A stretch of DNA of 59,426 nucleotides, filler included, from Sphacelaria rigidula (GCA_964200075.2; 8 parts of 8 records of this genome joined end to end with filler, not necessarily neighbours in it), one strand, 5' to 3'. Positions 23,869 to 36,621 are shown, counted from the first letter of the whole stretch. The notes: generated by a model from the letters alone, not told the origin. Numbers and translations: made by a program.

Positions 23869-24038
23869 GTCATTACGCAACTTCCGATAGACGGCGTGGT
23901 TTTACTGTTTGACTTTTTTCACCGTTTTTCGGGGGTCCCACGGGATCCAACTTTGACCAAAAACCCTGGGACCCCCGAAAAACAGTGAAAAATGTCAAAA
24001 CGTAGAAAAATCCGACCACCAAAAGTTGCGTAATGACA
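23869..24038. repeat. Foldback inverted repeat, same family as 21462-21690
   Basis: gtcattacgcaactt...tttttcaccgtttttcggggg pairs with cccccgaaaaacagtgaaaaa...aagttgcgtaatgac. Confidence 0.7.
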
Positions 24039-24348
24039 CATAGCAAAATTGGGCATTATTTCAGGATTTAACACCTAAAATCGGCGTGAAGTTTTGCGGA
24101 CGAGTGTTTAGAGATTCATAGGCGTGAACCAGCCTGTAAACAAAGTTGAAGCAGAGACGAGCACAGCCAATTCGGGCAGGGGATAAGGGCGAACGCCAAA
24201 AAAGAACGGCTGGCTGGACACACGGAGAACGACGAATCTTCGCGGGAACATACACTATGCTCAGCAACGTCAAACGAGAAAAAATGCGCTCCTCGTGCCG
24301 CACTCAAAATGGCAACAAGAACGCAAAATCACAATGCTGTATGTGTAC

Positions 24349-24900
24349 CTCGCCAAGGCATCGCTCGTGGGGTGGAGCCATTGCGCCCTTTTTCGCCTCA
24401 CTTCTTCCGCGTCCATCCCTTCTCTTTGAGCATCACCATCCCCTCTCTCGTCTCCTGCCTCTCCGCTCTCCTCCTCCTCCCGTCGCGATCGCTCCGGCCT
24501 CACGAAAGGGTCCCCCTCGGTCAGCATAGCCACCATGGCAACGGCGTGCGCGAGTACACCACCCTGCACCGCAAGCAGCAGCATTTTTGCGTAGCGCGCT
24601 CCTACCGGCAGAAGGGCAAGCGCTTTGCCGACGGCCGTGATCTCCTGCCCGGTGTCGGCACCGCTTCCACTGCCGCCGCTGCGGCCGGCGGCGCCGGCTG
24701 CGGTCGCTCCGAGGTTCGACAGGAGGCTGACCGCCGCACGAAGGCCAGCAGCATCCGGGGCGGTGGGAAACGGGAAGCGCGATACGTCCACGACGCCCAT
24801 GGCTTTCATCTGGAGCGTGACATCTTCTAAAGGGCGCGTGAACACCTCCGGCGGTGCGAAGGGCTCGAGAGTCTGGGAGTACAGTGCGCTGCTGTACAAC
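24349..24900 (-). CDS. DHX37: DHX37/Dhr1 helicase internal exon (end of motif VI region, HA2 domain)
   Basis: LYSSALY..PPEVFTRPLEDVTLQMKAMGV..FPFPTAP..GKALALLPVGARYAKML. AG and GT borders; phase matches the upstream exon. Confidence 0.88.
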
Positions 24901-25582
24901 CTGGAGGGGGAGGAGGGGAATAGTGGATTGATCGGCGGTGCGCGGACTCACTTGACGCTCAGCGTATGAAACGTGTCACGCGAACACGGCGCGCGCGCGT
25001 GTGTTTTTGTTCTTCATCTATTTTGTACGGCTTCTTTACCTGAAGCCGTCGGGCAGGGGTCCGGCCGTTCCTTTTTTTCAACGGGGATCTGTATTAGATT
25101 TTTGATTGATTGATTGATGGATTATCGCAAATTGACTCATCTCTCAGGAGTCATGATCCAGCCGTGGTCATTATCCACATGATCGACGTAACCGAGATAA
25201 AACAAAAGGGAAACAATCGCTGAAGGAAAGTGATCAAAACAGAAAGGTGAAATAGACATGAGGAGTAGACTGAAAAAAAACATGTAGAACAAAAAGAAAT
25301 AGCCGGCCTTTGCAGCATGGCTTCAGGTGGAAAAGGTCTTGCACAAAAGCACACTCATCCATACCCAATCGAGGAACAAACAAGTCTATCCTGACACTAA
25401 TTATTTTCCTCCATCCTTTCCTTTCGTTTCATTTTCCCTCATTTTTCGTTCTTCTTGCTTTCTGTTTGTTTCTGTTCTGTTTCTCGTTTTAGAGCTTGCT
25501 TGGCTTGTTTTTTCCATCCTCAATTTCCCCGTTATCGAGCTGCCTTCGGAAAGTGTTTTTTCTTTCATTCACCTTGTGGGTA

Positions 25583-26184
25583 CGAGCTGGGCCAGCCAAG
25601 AGTAGGTGTGAATCTCGCTCAGGCGACGCACGGCGCGATATTAGGAGGTGGACACTGAAATTTTGACAGCAGCTTTTTATGAAGGAAATGCAGAAGATCA
25701 CGTGACCAGCAAAGAAAAAAGAGAAAAAAACAGATAAGTCATTGGCATTTGAAATTTCAGCAAAAAACAGATAATGTCAGAAGTCCAGGAAAAAAAAAAA
25801 ATCTGTAGCTGCTCACGTAAAGTATCAGTACCTTGGGTGCACAAGGTCTACCTGAAATTTTTAGCTCAAGAGTCGTCGGCTTGGGCCGTGCGTTCAACAT
25901 TTTCCGTGATGATGCTGCACCCCTATAAATCAAGTGATGGGAAACTCCAATTATGGACGTCATGAGTTCGAATCCCGACAGATTCTCTTTTTTTTTTCGT
26001 CCGTCGTTAAGGTTACCCATTATGTAATACATTTTTTTTCATTCCTTTCTAGTTCAGGGGCGGTACCGTGTGTTACCAAGTTGGTCTACCCTTCACAGTG
26101 ATATGCTTACATCGGGTTCATTCGGGAAACTGGGAAAGCTGTGGTGTGAGCAACTTTTAGCCGCTCTCAAGCTGGCCCAGCTCG
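25583..26184. mobile_element. Tc1/mariner-type MITE (~600 bp) in a DHX37 intron
   Basis: TA|cgagctgggccagc ... gctggcccagctcg|TA, perfect 14-bp TIR. Second copy at 46354-46955. Confidence 0.85.
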
Positions 26185-26567
26185 TACATCATTATTGTGA
26201 CCATGGCTTGTTTCCGGGGGGGGTGGGGGAGTTTGTGTGCGACAATCAATCACTCAATCAATAAATCAACCAATTAATCTTCAAGAATCTGGCAGGCGCG
26301 AATTGACGAAATCTGGCGTGGTGTGTTTTCGCGTCCAACTTGACATCGCACGTGTTATGGCGAATGCTCGAACGTAAAACGCGCACAACAGCAGCTCGAA
26401 GCATGCAACGATACCCGGTCGCCACCAAAGGCCGATTCTCACGTCTCCTCCACACGCACTGCACGGACTAACGTCAACGTCAACATCTACAGGACAAAAA
26501 AATCCCAACGGCGCCCCAGTTTCACCGCGACGGTGTTCCCCCCCCCAATCTTGGAATCCTTACTCAC

Positions 26568-27441
26568 CGGTAGCAATGACCCGGTCCGGTTCGACCCGCT
26601 CGACCCGCTCGCTGATCCGCCGATGCCCGCGAAACCCAGCCCACCTCGAACTGGCTAATTCCGCTGCCGCGCTGCACGACACGGCGCTTCTGTCGCCCGC
26701 AGTCTACGACATACGATATGCCGGGGATTGTGATACTGGTCTCCGCCACGTTGGTCGCTACGACCACGAGTCGATGTCCCTCCGGCGGAGCCGAAAATAC
26801 CCTGGATTGCTCTTCGGCAGTGAGCATCGCGTATAGCGGCACGACGTGCACCGGCGGTAGTTGTTCCTCCTGTGGTTTCTCGTTTCGGTCTCCGTGCAGA
26901 CTCTCTTCGCCATCACCGCCGTCGCTATCGCTGCTCAGCTCCCCCGCGCAGTCAACGCTGCCGCCGCCGCTGGTGCCTCCGCCACCTTTCACTGCCATTT
27001 GCGATACCTCGTCGTCGTCATCCTGGGCGTCATCACCATCATGGCCATTGCCGTCGTCCTCATGAACCATGTCTGCCAGGAGAGCAGCATCTTCCTCATC
27101 ATCGTCCGCTTCTCGAAACAACAGCTTCTCCCTGTCGGTCTCCCGGGGTTTCTCCCTCGGCACTCCTCCTTCCCCCGGTTGCCCGCTGTAACTGGCGTCG
27201 TCCTGAACTTTGGATACCACCACCGCCGCCGATACAGAAGATCCTGGCGCTACCGAAATGGATGCAGAAGTTCCTTCGCCGCCTTTCCCTACCTCCTCGA
27301 AATTTGCCCGAGCGCGCTTCTTTTTTTTCTTTTCCCGTGCCCTTTTCTTGCCCTGCCCGCTGGACGCATCCTCGGCCGTCGACGGCGGAGTCTTGTCCTC
27401 CGCAGGTAGTTCTTGCTTGCTGTTCTTGCTTTTGCCGATCC
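26568..27441 (-). CDS. DHX37: DHX37/Dhr1 internal exon: long charged insertion plus RecA2 motifs V and VI
   Basis: [53 protein letters not shown]. Acceptor cttcacag, donor gtgagt, 874 bp, phases consistent. Confidence 0.92.
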
Positions 27442-28086
27442 CTGTGAAGGTATCGCGTGAGTAGTTTGTGCAAGAGCACAAAAAAGTGGACAGAAAGCCC
27501 GGTTGTGCGTCATCCATGTGAACAGCAAAATCGAATGACCAGCGGAGACCCGAAACTGACGCTCCTTACAGTACACAAAACGCGGGGACGACAGTAGAAT
27601 GGTCGACCAGATCACTATAATACTATAGTACGAATCGCCTGTGGCCATTTCGGCTACTGACTGCCATAATGCGTCTTGCCCATAATATAGTGGCCCCGGC
27701 CACAAGGGTCTGTATTATATGCCTGCTCAATGAAAGTGTGGTACGTGCAAGGTCTTCCGTCGTGTTTGCGGAGTACTGCTGTAGTGTGTATGCACACTGG
27801 CCATCATGCTAACTACTTCAACCTCGCGGAAGCGGACAAGAGCGACCAGGAGATGGGCAGAGGATGAGCAAGGTGACGACACACAAGCGTATCGCTGTAG
27901 CCGTACCGAGCAAGTAGACCACACGTCTACTGCGATGAGACTGGGATGCGCTTGCTACACACTTCTCTCTCTGTATCTACCCCCCCCCCCCTCTCTGCCC
28001 TCTTCTCCCTCTGTCACTGTCTCTCTCGACAACAGAGAGATAGTAAAAAGAGAGGAGAAAAGCACCCAAACACAAGAGCAACTCAC

Positions 28087-28237
28087 CGCTCTCACGACGA
28101 TTATCCCTCCGCCGACCTTTGGCCTTGGGCGGCGGGAATTCTTTCCGGAGCTTGTCACACATGTGGAGGATCTCGCGCTTTCCCGTCAGAAATACCAGAA
28201 TCCCGCCCTCTGGTAGTCGCCGGTGTACCTTGCACAC
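28087..28237 (-). CDS. DHX37: DHX37/Dhr1 internal exon (motif IV)
   Basis: VCKVHRRLPEGGILVFLTGKREI; AG and GTGAGT borders. Confidence 0.88.
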
Positions 28238-29387
28238 CTTCATGAACGATAACGTATTCAGCGGCAATGTACAATAGAACACCTCCATTCAATGCCCGAT
28301 GGCAAAGCTCGTCAAAGTGGGGCATCAAGACAAGCTTGGAGGGGTTCAATGAATCCGTCTCCGGGAGGTGCATTTTTCCTTATTTCTGATCCCGTCTCCC
28401 GACTACGCGATACCACGAGCTGTCGAAGTTACTGGGTGAAAGTCGCCGGGCTGCGGGAGGGCTGATTTCCAAGCTCGAAAATAAAAGCGCAACGCAAATG
28501 CCAACGGAATGATGGGCTTCCTATCCGTTGAGACGGCGGAGTCGATCCGAGGAAAAAAATGAGGAGGTTTGGAAGTGTCGACGGATGAAACAAAAGGCAG
28601 TAGGGGAGGGAAGGAGAACGCTTGTACGTCTAACGGTGGGGGCAAAAACATGCGAAGAATATGCAGAAGGCAACGACGAAACTCACACCGGGGCCATGCG
28701 CGGTCGCTCTTCGGTTCTGCTGGGGAAGTCCGTGACACATAGAAAAGCGACCGCATGCGCGCAAGACTGTTTCACCAAAAAAAAACATCGGCCTCCTCAC
28801 CATCCGAGGCAGCACTACAGTAGAGCACAGCTGCGCACAGTCACAGGGATGCAAAATATAGACGAACTTCCGCGTTTCCAAACGTCAAAACGCCTTTTCT
28901 CCGTAAACTATCCCGCGCCACGATGTCGATGCGAAGTACGAAACCTGAACGGTAGAGTCACCCTTCCAATCTTGCTTCAACTACCCATGTGTGGCGATAA
29001 TACTCCCCCTCCTTCCCCCAAACGTCAAGACACCCACGAGGCAGTGTATAACCCACGGCTGCCTCTGGAAGAGGCGATACCAGAAAATAAAGCAGCCCAT
29101 TGGAGGCTGTCATCTATTCCAAAAAATCACTATGCTTCGGGCGGAAAAATCTTATTGTAGCAGGATTCAGCTCACTCTTCATGCGACTCGCCGAACACAT
29201 CACGGCGCTTCGCGCTTGGTGACTGATTGTGAGACTGGTCCGGCTAAAACCCGACGCGCTCCATCCCGGTTTTGTAGGGGTGCGAGGTCAATGATCATGC
29301 GAGGTCAATGATCATAAGACTACGGCATGCAACATCATGAGTACCCCCCCCCCGCCCCCCCTCCCCCCAAACGCACACCCACTTCAC

Positions 29388-29576
29388 CTTCTTGAAAGTC
29401 TCCCCTACGTAGTCGTAGAGCTCCGTATGCTTGCTGAAGTGGACGGTTACAGGGTGCTGCCTGCTGGTCGCGCTGATCACCGGCGGCGGCGTCGGAAACA
29501 GCGCCGAATTTTCCGTGAAGTCCGTCACACGAAGAGTCGCCGACATAATCACCAGTTTCAGCGGTTTCAGCGGCGG
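29388..29576 (-). CDS. DHX37: DHX37/Dhr1 internal exon (motif III SAT)
   Basis: [39 protein letters not shown], characteristic of Dhr1/DHX37. 189 bp with AG/GT borders. The 5' and 3' parts of the gene were not found in this contig. Confidence 0.9.
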
Positions 29577-29664
29577 CTGAGACAGTACAGCAATGGAGGG
29601 GGGAAGGGGGGGAAGGGTAGGGAGGGCGTACTCATTTGTTGCTTGCCTTAGTCGTTTGACCATT

Positions 29665-29764
29665 NNNNNNNNNNNNNNNNNNNNNNNNNNNNNNNNNNNN
29701 NNNNNNNNTTAATTAATTAANNNNNNNNNNNNNNNNNNNNNNNNNNNNNNNNNNNNNNNNNNNN
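29665..29764. other. Artificial contig spacer
   Basis: N44-TTAATTAATTAA-N44. Confidence 0.99.
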
Positions 29765-30818
29765 GAGACTGCACGCGTTGAGCACCCACATTGTGGGAAG
29801 AGTGTTGCGTTTCGCTCGAAAAAAACTACATCAATTCCTAGTTCCACGAGCTGGGCCGCCTGAGAGGCTCACTTTTCTTCAGCCTGTTCTAACTGACGAT
29901 GTACAGCGAGTTGTGCCTACTACAACACATCGTGGTAACCGGCACATCAGCGCGCGTCTTTAAATCCATGTAACCCTGCGATCCGACAAGGTCTCATCAA
30001 ACGAAATACCCAAGTGTAGTCAAGTGCCGAAGTGTAGAGAGTTGACGGTACCATGTGCGGCGGAAACAGCAAAAAAAAAACGGCCGAAATTGCACTCTCG
30101 GTTTCAGTCCGTTGTGCCGCGCGGTGCCGCACGACCTGCGATCGTACAACAACACATGTCGCACTAGGCGCACAGTCTCTGAGATGGCACGTAGACGAGG
30201 CCCCCAGCGCGCCAAGGCGTCTGATAGTCTAGCGTCGGTAGATTTTGGTGAAATGAACAGATCGTCCCCCCCCCCAGTGCCCAAGTTGGTGTTAGTTGGT
30301 TTTCTCGGGCGATGCGAGTAGCTACCCCGTTTATCAGGAGGGTGTTACTGACCGTGAAACATAGTTTTTCGGCTCTAGTGCAATAAGTAGGTAGAATTTT
30401 AAAGAAAAACTGTACGTTTCTCCACAAATACGATCATGACAGGCTCGATCGACCGAAAATACCGAAGACTTAGCATCTGGGCTGAAACGTGTCAGGAGCC
30501 CTGATGATCGGTCAGCCCGAAGTTACTCAATATTGAGTACAGATGATTTATTTTCTTGGAACATGGAGCGAATACAAGTATCTTGAGATCCCCAACGTGA
30601 TGGGCGGCGGCAAGTGAAGGAGCCTGAGAAAATCGCCAAATTACGAAAAAATATATAACATTATCAGTTCAGGCGCCCAGTACTCTAGGTACCTTACTGT
30701 CAGTACCTCGAATGGTTGCTGGCTTCCGTGTAGTGTGTTCTACACATTGCACCATTTTCTCCATTTCTCGTCATTATTTCCATGTTCTTCAGCGTGTCCA
30801 ATACTTATGATGCATTAC

Positions 30819-31002
30819 CTCGGGTTCATAGCTATCCCCCCCTCGAACAAGGTGTAGTGAACGTCCGCCACCAGAGAGCAGACGTAAACCAGGTCGAACT
30901 TCTCGCCGCTGCGACCAGCGCCCGTTTTCATGTCGCTGATATAACGCCGTAGACCATCCGGCCAGTCGGGCTCTCGTGCCTCGTTCAGCGAGTATGTTCG
31001 TC
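30819..31002 (-). CDS. Fructose-1,6-bisphosphatase class I-like, internal exon 4 of those visible
   Basis: GRTYSLNEAREPDW...DLVYVCSLVADVHYTLFEGGIAMNPR aligns with YSxNE and RYxGSxVADVHRTLxxGGI. AG/GT borders in phase. Confidence 0.85.
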
Positions 31003-31524
31003 CTATGTATCGCGCACGCGAAAAAGGTTGTGCGAGCGAGAGCAAGGAGCACGGAGGACGGAACATCGTCCGATTCTGAGGGAAGGAGACGGGGCGGGGG
31101 GATGTACTCATTTGTTGCTCGCCTCAAGTCATTCGACGATTTACCACGCACCCCTTTCGAGAAGGAGCACCGTTCCTACTTCTAGTGGAGACACCTCCAA
31201 CATTTCATGTCACATCGTGTAGTTCCCTGGTAGGGAGGGGTATACTCAAGTCTTGCATGTCGTAGTCACAGGAAGATTTACCTCTCGTCCCTACAAAGGC
31301 GGGACGGAGTACGTCGGGTTTTCGCCGGACCAGGATAGGGAGGGAGGGGCGGGGCTGCCCAATACATCAAGGGGCAGAAAACATGAACAGCCGGAGACCA
31401 CTATTGACGTGATTGGTAAGGCACTGACATCATTTACAGTGGAAAGTAATCCAGAAGTGAAACCTCGGACACACTTTTACGCCCATCAGGTGCGGCATGT
31501 ACGTCCAGGCGTCCGAGAATCTTC

Positions 31525-32017
31525 CAAGGACAAGTCGGGTAGGGTATGCACTTTTGAATACTCGGGTAAAATACCCGGGTAATTACTCTACCCAAGATTT
31601 GGGTAGATTGGGTATGACCTCAACTACTCTGCTCAAGTTCCGGGTATATTGGGTACGACCTCAATATTCTACCCATATATTGGGCAAGCACTCTCAGCAA
31701 GACCTGGGTATAGAGTATAACTTATACATGACCTCAATACTTTACCCAAAAATTGGGTATGTTGGGTATGATTTTAAATATTCTATCCAAAAGTGTTGGG
31801 TAGATAGGTTACGACCTCAACTAATCTACCCATACTTGGGTAAGCACTCTCAGTAACACCTGGATACAAAGTATCACTTGGGTGTGACCTCAACACTTTT
31901 CCCAAAAATTTGAGTAAGTTGGGTACGATTTTAATACTGTACACAAATGTTTGGGTACCAAGAGTATGACTTTCCAAAAAACCGAGTGTCGGGTATACCC
32001 GACCCGACCTGCCCCTG
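31525..32017. mobile_element. hAT-type MITE in an FBPase intron
   Basis: Perfect 8-bp TSD GAATCTTC (31517-31524 and 32018-32025). TIRs caaggacaagtcgggtagggta / tacccgacccgacctgcccctg. Internal ~40-bp gggtatgacctcaa repeats. Confidence 0.85.
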
Positions 32018-33268
32018 GAATCTTCCTTCGGTATCTGAGCAACTGAGAACAATGAATTCGTGTTCAAAGGTACGGAGTGGAACTTCAGGGGGTCGGGCAG
32101 GGTACATTGAGCTACGGGCGCTATCCCCTCTGATCCTTCTATGTGCTACAAGGAAGGTTGAGGTATTTCATAACTGACTACAGTATTTTGATGGGAGTGA
32201 GCGTGGATCCTTGACAAAAATTCAAAGGTTCATGGATGATACTCAAGTACGTTTCGTTTGAGGAGACTGGAGGAGGCGTTGATCAAGTATAGAGGTTGCA
32301 CCATCTTCGTGCATGATCCGGAAAAGTAGTTGGTGCTCCATTCTGGAAGAGTGCAAGGCGCGTAAGGTCGATGCCAATGTATAGTCTCCACAGGGAAAGC
32401 AATGTTCATTAACACGCCTCCCTCCCACACGCCAAAAACATAATCTTGAATATTTCAGTGACTGCGTCATGTTGATGTTCCTGACATGAATAACGTCATG
32501 CTGTCTGGACGGCTTAACTGGTGCTCTTTGCTATTGATTCATCTTCATTCCAAGCATATGCAGACCTCCGTAGGGCATGCTTCATGCAGTAGGGCACACC
32601 CGTCGACAAAAACTCGCCATCCGCGGGCCGCTCGCGTAGGGTGTGAAGGGTCGTACTTTCTGAGATACCGCGTCACGACAGTAACCGAAACCGTTCCCTC
32701 AATACCTGAATTGCAAAGAAGCTAGAAGTTGAGTGGCGTAAGTCTTGGCAATAAAGTCTAGAAGAATGAGTGCTGAAGTAACAGAAAAAAAAAACGGGAA
32801 GGGGGGGTGTACGATTGTATTGTACTGGTACACGGCAATATCCAGCCACGAACACGGCCACGCAGGCAACAATCAGACTTCAAGATATTTCAAAAGTGGC
32901 CGACCAGAGTAATGATCCTGAGCGGTGTCTCTAGTCCCGCACGAGTCGGGCGTCAGCTTCTCGTGGTATGGGTATACATTTAAGGTCATGCTTGTAGTGG
33001 GCTAGGTTCAGGGTTCGCATTCCGGAACATGTCTTTCTTTGTCTGAAACAAATCTCGCTCCCGTCGACGAAGAGGGGAGGACGTGCATAGCGTAGGTAAC
33101 TTGACGAACGTCGCCGCAGTGTTCACAAAAACGTGACGCACGCAAGTCTCGGGGAAAGGTGGATTGATTCATCGAGATTATGGAGTTGTCCTCAAAAAAA
33201 GGAGGGGTTGGGTGTGTTACGAGAACATGAAAAGAAAAACAAGATGTGTGTCATCTCCTCATGCACAC

Positions 33269-33371
33269 CTCGCGCAGGCATCCGTATCCGTTGTCGCGAC
33301 AGCACGAACTCTCCCAACTCTCTGTCCAAGTGGAACACGTGCGTTCCCGCTCCGAGGCTGATAACCATCAC
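33269..33371 (-). CDS. FBPase-like internal exon 3 (not in the ORF track)
   Basis: VMVISLGAGTHVFHLDRELGEFVLSRQRIRMPAR(G) matches the FTLDxxxGEFxL segment. cgcag acceptor, GT donor, phases fit both neighbours. Confidence 0.85.
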
Positions 33372-33794
33372 CTGCGTCAGGTGTGCAGGTTAAACCGCAG
33401 GGTTAATGAAATCGTCGTCACGGGTGCAAAAAGGGAGACCGCACATCCCGGAGAAAGTAGAATATCTATAGATGTATATATATATATACTTCCTCCATCC
33501 CATTAGTTAGCTCAGGTATGCTTACACGGACCCTTAACCGTGTCCGATGTAAGAGGCGATATATATTTTTGACTCTTGGGGCGTTTCTTTGGTCAAAAAC
33601 CGTTTTCGTTTGTTTGTGCTTACGCACTAAGCTACGTGGACGAAGGTCCGAAAAAAAAGCGTCGGTCCAAAAATGGCTTATGTCGATGTTTTCGCTGCCT
33701 CCCCCCTCCCCCTGAAAGTTGGAAATTCAAACTAAATGCCCGAAAAACGAAATATTCCCATATTTTCGAGCTCCCTTCTTGGATCGAAAGGGAG

Positions 33795-34024
33795 CACACG
33801 TCGGACAGATCATGATCTGTCAGAAATAACTATTCTAATAAAAAGAGAAGACTCTCAGATCCGTTGGCCCAAAAACATAAAAACACGAAAATATGTGGCC
33901 ACGGAGTCGGAAAAGCCAAAGCACAGCCTCGGCTGTACTCGGCGTGTTCGACGTCCGGCGCTGTACGGATCAGTATACTGAGATAAAGTAATTTACAGAC
34001 AGATCATGATCTGTCCGACGTGTG
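33795..34024. mobile_element. Small MITE with perfect 27-bp TIRs
   Basis: cacacgtcggacagatcatgatctgtc (33795-33821) and its exact reverse complement (33998-34024). TSD unclear. Confidence 0.7.
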
Positions 34025-34542
34025 ATAAGAAGTACGCCTTCCAAGGTACTGCAGAACCGTGTGACGACCTGTATCCGACGTACTGCGGACGAAAATCAGC
34101 CAACATCACAATACCCGGCAAATTTTCGACCCAATGATTCAGAACGAATTTTACCTGGATCTGTCTTTTTTTCCAATGAAGATCTCCATAATTTTGAATT
34201 TCTAATAAACGTGCCTGTGGTATCAAAGAACCTCCGTTGTGGAGATATCATGTTTACCCTGAAAACCAAGTATATTCTGAATGCGGACAACAGCCGTTTT
34301 GACCAGCTGCTCTCTTTCCACTTCCTCAAGGCCCGTTCAACGGGAGCGCCCAATTGCGAGTCGTGCAAAAACAACCGGGTCGACTATGGCGCAACAGGGT
34401 GGAATTGTTGTCAGCTGGCATCACTTGGAAGACAGAGTGCAACAGCAACAGAAAAGTTGATACTACTCGAGCGCAAACCACGGCTTTGAACAAAAAAACA
34501 CGATGAGTACGGCATGCATTTGACGGACAACCCAGGCCTAAC

Positions 34543-34655
34543 CGTAGAGGAAGAGTAGAGACAGAAGCCGCCAGCGACGAGATTTCTCCCCGGCTGGAGA
34601 GCGTTCTCCGTGGAGTTCTTGCTTGGGTCCGCCAAGTAAACGCCAAAAATAGTGC
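34543..34655 (-). CDS. FBPase-like internal exon 2
   Basis: GTIFGVYLADPSKNSTENALQPGRNLVAGGFCLYSSST; AG/GT borders. Confidence 0.88.
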
Positions 34656-35187
34656 CTGCAGCGGTATCAACGACGCTTGGTAAGATCGAGGGGGCGAAGC
34701 GTTCACGCTGTTTTGGTCGCTTGCGCTGCGAATCACGAAGTATCTCCATCAATCAGGGGGGTCAGTCTGTGTACCACCGAACTGAGCGAGTGGGGCTGGT
34801 TCTGCGTTCCCTAGTTTCGAGGGATATTCTCCGATATGTTCATTCTTTCGCTTCTTTACTTTTGCCATTATTGTCGTCGAGGTACTTCTCTTTAGCCAGT
34901 AGTCCCCGCATATTTACCTCGGCTGTGTCCATCTTGTGTGGCCACGGCTGGATTGGCGGAGGATGACGAAATGTCAGTCAAATGAGCTCACGCGAATCAG
35001 CAGCCAGCTCCCTCCGGTTTATTCTCATTGACTTCAGGTCCACTGCAACGCCGTCAATAGTCATTCGACCACTTCGGCCACTCGTAAGGTGCGAACAAGA
35101 CTCACGTCATACAAGTCAACTCACCTTAACTTGAGTTAACTCATTTTCTTGTACTGTACAGTAGGTCAGCAGTGCCTAGTTCCGTGG

Positions 35188-35335
35188 CTGAGTTATACCA
35201 TTCAACTCATCGGTACCCTTTCTCACTGACTGCGTTATACGGTATAACTCAGCGGTACATATTTCCATCGGATGAATTATACGGTACAACTCAGTGGTAC
35301 CTGTTTCCACCGGGTGACATATACCACATGACTGA
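35188..35335 (+). repeat. Degenerate ~40-bp tandem repeat
   Basis: ttatacggta.aactcag.ggtac recurs three to four times. Confidence 0.6.
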
Positions 35336-36521
35336 GTTGACTCATGATTTGCCTGGCGTGCACAGCACATAAGAGTGCCATCGGGAGAATAGGGGGGACG
35401 GCCATCAAAGACGCTCTCTAGGCCCTCTATCAACATTGGGCGAATGCATGCGTTTCTGTTGTGATGTTTGATTTTCGCTTCGTGCGAATATTTCTCACGC
35501 CATATAACAGGTCATCCACGACACCCATCTTCCGCTCAACTTCCAGATCGCAGCCAAGACCTACCCCAACGACCGCAAATGACTGTCACAGGAAGTCAGT
35601 ACACTATTGCCACGCCTCTAACGTCAATTTTACAAGTGCACAGAAGGGTACCCCAAACCTGATGAATCCGAACAAGTTATTTACGTGGAAGCTTGAGTTT
35701 GCTTAGGAATCGGATGACTTTAGATTCCTAACTGGCTGGACAAGCGAAACATCTGCTTGACAGGAACCGGGCGCTCCGAGCTACAAACGCCGATGGCCCG
35801 CGTTTCTACGTGGAATTCAAATTAGTGCTTGGGTCTTGGGGACTAGAAAGGTACATATGAATGAATCACGGACACTGCATCGTATTGTCACCACTCAACA
35901 CGAGCTAACCTGACTCAGCCTATACACGGTAACTGCGAAACATGGAAGATGACAAAAATGAGTGATGGGGCGACTCACCTGGGTGCGAGTACAAGTAGCA
36001 CGATATAAAAGCGCAACATATGTACCAGAGTAAACTACGAAAGACTGGGATACAAGGATGCTTAGCGGATGGGCAATCCAGGCGTACATCTAGTACTGGG
36101 AAAATGGGGAGACCAGCATGGTTAATCTTACTACAAGCTAAGCGGGGGTGGGGGGCAGCGAAACACACCAATGCACTGTACCCTGTCCGTATAAAAATAC
36201 GTGACGCCTGCTTGTAGCTACAGATGGCAACCGGAATCGTGCAGGCAGACCACAAAAAATTAGCAAAACCAAAGGCGGTTAAGAGGGGACATCGTGACCT
36301 AGATACCCTGGGTGGCTCCTAGGCTATTGGTATCAAATGACTGCAATATTGGGTTCTGTAGGGTACCTGGGGTCAGGAGATCCCAGAATACTAGAACCAG
36401 CACCCTACCCTGCCCTGTCCCAAACCATCCATCGTACAAGCAAGCCAACGGAACGAGCGACGTGATGCAACTAAATTTGTACCGGGATACGCTTGAGCTT
36501 TCCAAATTTCTCACAGCGTAC

Positions 36522-36621
36522 CGGTGGGAATGGAGGCATCGATGTTCGAAGATCCGTCAAGGGGATCGAAAACGACGACGTACTTGCTGCCGTCGCCCTC
36601 GAGCAGGACCGGCACATCTTC
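36522..36621 (-). CDS. FBPase-like internal exon 1 with metal-binding motif (not in the ORF track)
   Basis: EDVPVLLEGDGSKYVVVFDPLDGSSNIDASIPT(G) contains the DPLDGSSNID signature. AG/GT borders. Confidence 0.92.

Noticed and set aside
17402-36621. Functional cluster of EsV-1-7 protein, RNA helicase and FBPase
   Set aside because: The three genes are on separate concatenated contigs.
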